64,000 nt of DNA from positions 1,765 through 65,764 of the forward strand of contig JAZRTS010000155.1 in NCBI GenBank assembly GCA_045652135.1, written 5' to 3'. Source of the stretch: Eubacteriales bacterium (lineage in GTDB: Bacteria; Bacillota; Clostridia; Oscillospirales; CAG-272). The notes under the pieces were generated by a model that did not search any database, was not told the origin of the DNA, and worked only from the letters and a program-made list of their open reading frames with translations. The stretch's first letter is position 1, and each line of letters starts with the position of its first letter. Below, in pieces: positions 62,096 through 64,000 of the stretch. Made by a program: the position numbers and the translations under genes.

Positions 62096-63226
62096 ATGGG
62101 ATATGAACTCGATGCAGGAATTGACAGCGTAGTTAAAATTAAGGTTGTTGGTATAGGCGGCGGCGGTAACAATGCCGTAAATAGAATGATTGCATCCAAT
62201 ATAGGCGGTGTTGAATATATCGCTGTAAACACCGATAAAATGGTGTTGTTCAATTCAAGCGCACAGCAGAAGATTCCGATAGGAGAAAAAATTACAAAGG
62301 GACACGGTGCAGGTGCTAACCCCGATGTTGGTTCACGTGCAGCTGAGGAGAGCATTGACGAGATCATTGCGGCTATTGAAGGCGCAGATATGGTATTTGT
62401 AACCGCAGGTATGGGCGGCGGTACGGGCACAGGCGCGGCTCCCGTCGTTGCAAAGGTTGCAAAGGATCTCGGAATCCTTACAGTAGGTATCGTTACGAAG
62501 CCCTTCGGCTTTGAAGGTAAGAGAAGAATGGAGCAGGCTGAAGCAGGTATTGCAAGACTCGGCGAGATCGTTGACTCTCTTATCGTTATTCCTAACGAAA
62601 GACTTAAGCAGGTATCGGATACACGCATCACACTTGCAAACGCATTTGATGTTGCCGATGACGTTCTCCGTCGCGGTGTTGCCAGCGTTGTTGAACTTAT
62701 CAACGGTCTTGGTATCATCAACCTCGACTTTGCAGACGTTACAACAATTATGCACGATGCAGGTTACGCTCATATGGGTGTTGGCTCCGCAAAGGGCAAG
62801 GACAAGGCAGAAACAGCAGCTCGTGCGGCTATTTCTTCGCCCCTTTTGGAAACATCTATCACAGGCGCAAGAGGTATTATCATCAATATCACAGCGTCTC
62901 CCGATATCGGTCTGGAAGAAATCGATATTGCTTCGAATATGATCAGCGCAGAAGCTCATCCCGATGCAACGGTTATCTGGGGTGCTGCATTTGACCAGAC
63001 TCTCGAAGACGAGATGCGCATAACGGTTATTGCAACAGGCTTTGAGGGCTCAACAAGAAACACAACTGTAAAGGCTCCCGAAGTAAGAAAAACACCTGCG
63101 GCAACAACAACTCCTGCTCCTGCAGCAGCTCCCGTTGAGGAGAAGAAAGAGGAGGAATCTGTAATTCCTCAGGATGAGTTTGATTATCTCATCGATATGC
63201 TCAAGAAGAAGCAGAGAAATGATTAA
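62096..63226 (+). CDS. ftsZ: Cell division protein FtsZ
   Basis: IKVVGIGGGGNNAVNRM, GAGANPDVG, GMGGGTGTGAAPVVA tubulin signature. C-terminal linker and conserved tail DEFDYLIDMLKKK. Confidence 0.97.
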   Translation: MGYELDAGIDSVVKIKVVGIGGGGNNAVNRMIASNIGGVEYIAVNTDKMVLFNSSAQQKIPIGEKITKGHGAGANPDVGSRAAEESIDEIIAAIEGADMVFVTAGMGGGTGTGAAPVVAKVAKDLGILTVGIVTKPFGFEGKRRMEQAEAGIARLGEIVDSLIVIPNERLKQVSDTRITLANAFDVADDVLRRGVASVVELINGLGIINLDFADVTTIMHDAGYAHMGVGSAKGKDKAETAARAAISSPLLETSITGARGIIINITASPDIGLEEIDIASNMISAEAHPDATVIWGAAFDQTLEDEMRITVIATGFEGSTRNTTVKAPEVRKTPAATTTPAPAAAPVEEKKEEESVIPQDEFDYLIDMLKKKQRND

Positions 63227-63245
63227 TTGATTTGAAATAATGAGG

Positions 63246-63318
63246 AGGTGAGACGGTTTTGTCTCCTGACAGTAGTCGATCATGTACAAAGTTCAAAACC
63301 GGCTCACCTGCTTTTTTC
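63246..63318 (+). terminator. Long-hairpin terminator after ftsZ
   Basis: AGGTGAGACGGTTTT (63246) / AAAACCGGCTCACCT (63296), 14/15 bp, followed by GCTTTTTTC. Confidence 0.6.
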
Positions 63319-63436
63319 GTGTCGGAATAACGCAAAAATACAATGGTGTTTTTGCGCCGTAAAATAAGTTCAAGTGACACCGGTTTATACAGTTTTGTAC
63401 ATAGTAAGCATATTCACTTTGAAAGGATGGTTTATT

Positions 63437-64000
63437 ATGGTAACTTATTATACTGTATCTGACGGTGTTTTTTCTTCTGTTGAAACACTTACCGAAGGAT
63501 GCTGGATATATGCAGTCGATCCGACGGATGCGGAAATAAAGAGGATATCTGCGGACACAAAAATAGAGGCTGATGTTCTTAAAGCGGCACTTGATGAAGA
63601 AGAAAGAGCGAGAATTGAGCTTGACGAGGGCACTACGCTCATCGTCTCCGACACGCCTATAGCTTCCAAAGACGAAAACAACGTCGTCACATACTCAACG
63701 CTTCCCGTTGGTATGATATTCACGAAATATTATTTTATCACGGTATGTCTTTCCGATAATACCGTACTTCAGGATTTTAAAAACGGATTTATAAGAAACG
63801 CAAATCCTTTGTTCAGAACACGCTTCTATTTGCAAATTATGCTTCAAACCGCAGGCAGATATTTGCAGTATCTGAAGCAGATCGACAAAATTACGGATTT
63901 TATCGAAAAAAGGCTGTATAAAGCTACGACAAATAATGAGCTTGTTCAGCTTCTTGATCTTCAAAAATCACTCGTTTACATTTCAACGGCGCTTAAAAAC
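63437..64000 (+). CDS. corA: CorA-family magnesium transporter (N-terminal part; continues beyond the window end)
   Basis: Absent from the ORF track (no stop in the window). AAAGGA SD. MVTYYTVSDG...CWIYAVDPTDAEIKRIS...ELVQLLDLQKSLVYISTALK resembles the CorA cytoplasmic domain. Confidence 0.75.
   Translation, partial: MVTYYTVSDGVFSSVETLTEGCWIYAVDPTDAEIKRISADTKIEADVLKAALDEEERARIELDEGTTLIVSDTPIASKDENNVVTYSTLPVGMIFTKYYFITVCLSDNTVLQDFKNGFIRNANPLFRTRFYLQIMLQTAGRYLQYLKQIDKITDFIEKRLYKATTNNELVQLLDLQKSLVYISTALKN

Noticed and set aside
63319-63436. Mg2+ riboswitch (M-box) in front of the CorA-like gene.
   Set aside because: The leader is only about 120 nt and I could not find conserved M-box sequence blocks. 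Only generic hairpins are present.

Overview
AT-rich Clostridia-type chromosomal segment, probably Oscillospiraceae/Ruminococcus-like. That placement is an inference from type-I dockerin modules, SpoVD/SpoVE-style division genes and lipobox usage. The right third (50.1-63.3 kb) is a dcw cell-division/cell-wall cluster: mraZ-rsmH-ftsL-PBP-murE-murF-mraY-ftsW-murG-ftsQ-ftsZ. The middle holds housekeeping genes: rpe, a cytoplasmic NlpC/P60, NfeD-SPFH, a CNNM/CorC transporter, an aminotransferase, tRNA-Gly/Arg/His, ogg, SufC/SufBD, a DtxR-family regulator, polA and a ZIP transporter. The left part has a partial EF-G gene, a two-component system, a pseudouridine synthase, tex, an orphan MsmX-type ABC ATPase and tRNA-Leu/Ser/Ser. 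The accessory-looking part is 12.6-28.3 kb. (i) A small islet of tRNAs and hypothetical envelope proteins is bracketed by three unusual arrays, each made of copies of a 10-mer separated by short unique hairpins. (ii) A translationally coupled five-gene cassette encodes an HprK-like kinase, a PqqD/RRE protein, a secreted acidic protein, a Ser/His S24-S26 peptidase and a PF14907-type nucleotidyltransferase. It has no recognisable RiPP core enzyme. (iii) Directly downstream, on the opposite strand, lies a tandem array of five paralogous secreted proteins with a papain-fold domain and a ConA-like beta-sandwich. These are lipid-anchored or dockerin-bearing. A sixth, small dockerin protein in the array shares its C-terminal 59-aa module with the protein encoded inside the cassette. 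I consider (ii)+(iii) the best candidate for an undescribed system. All functional calls rest on motif recognition by eye; no database search was possible.
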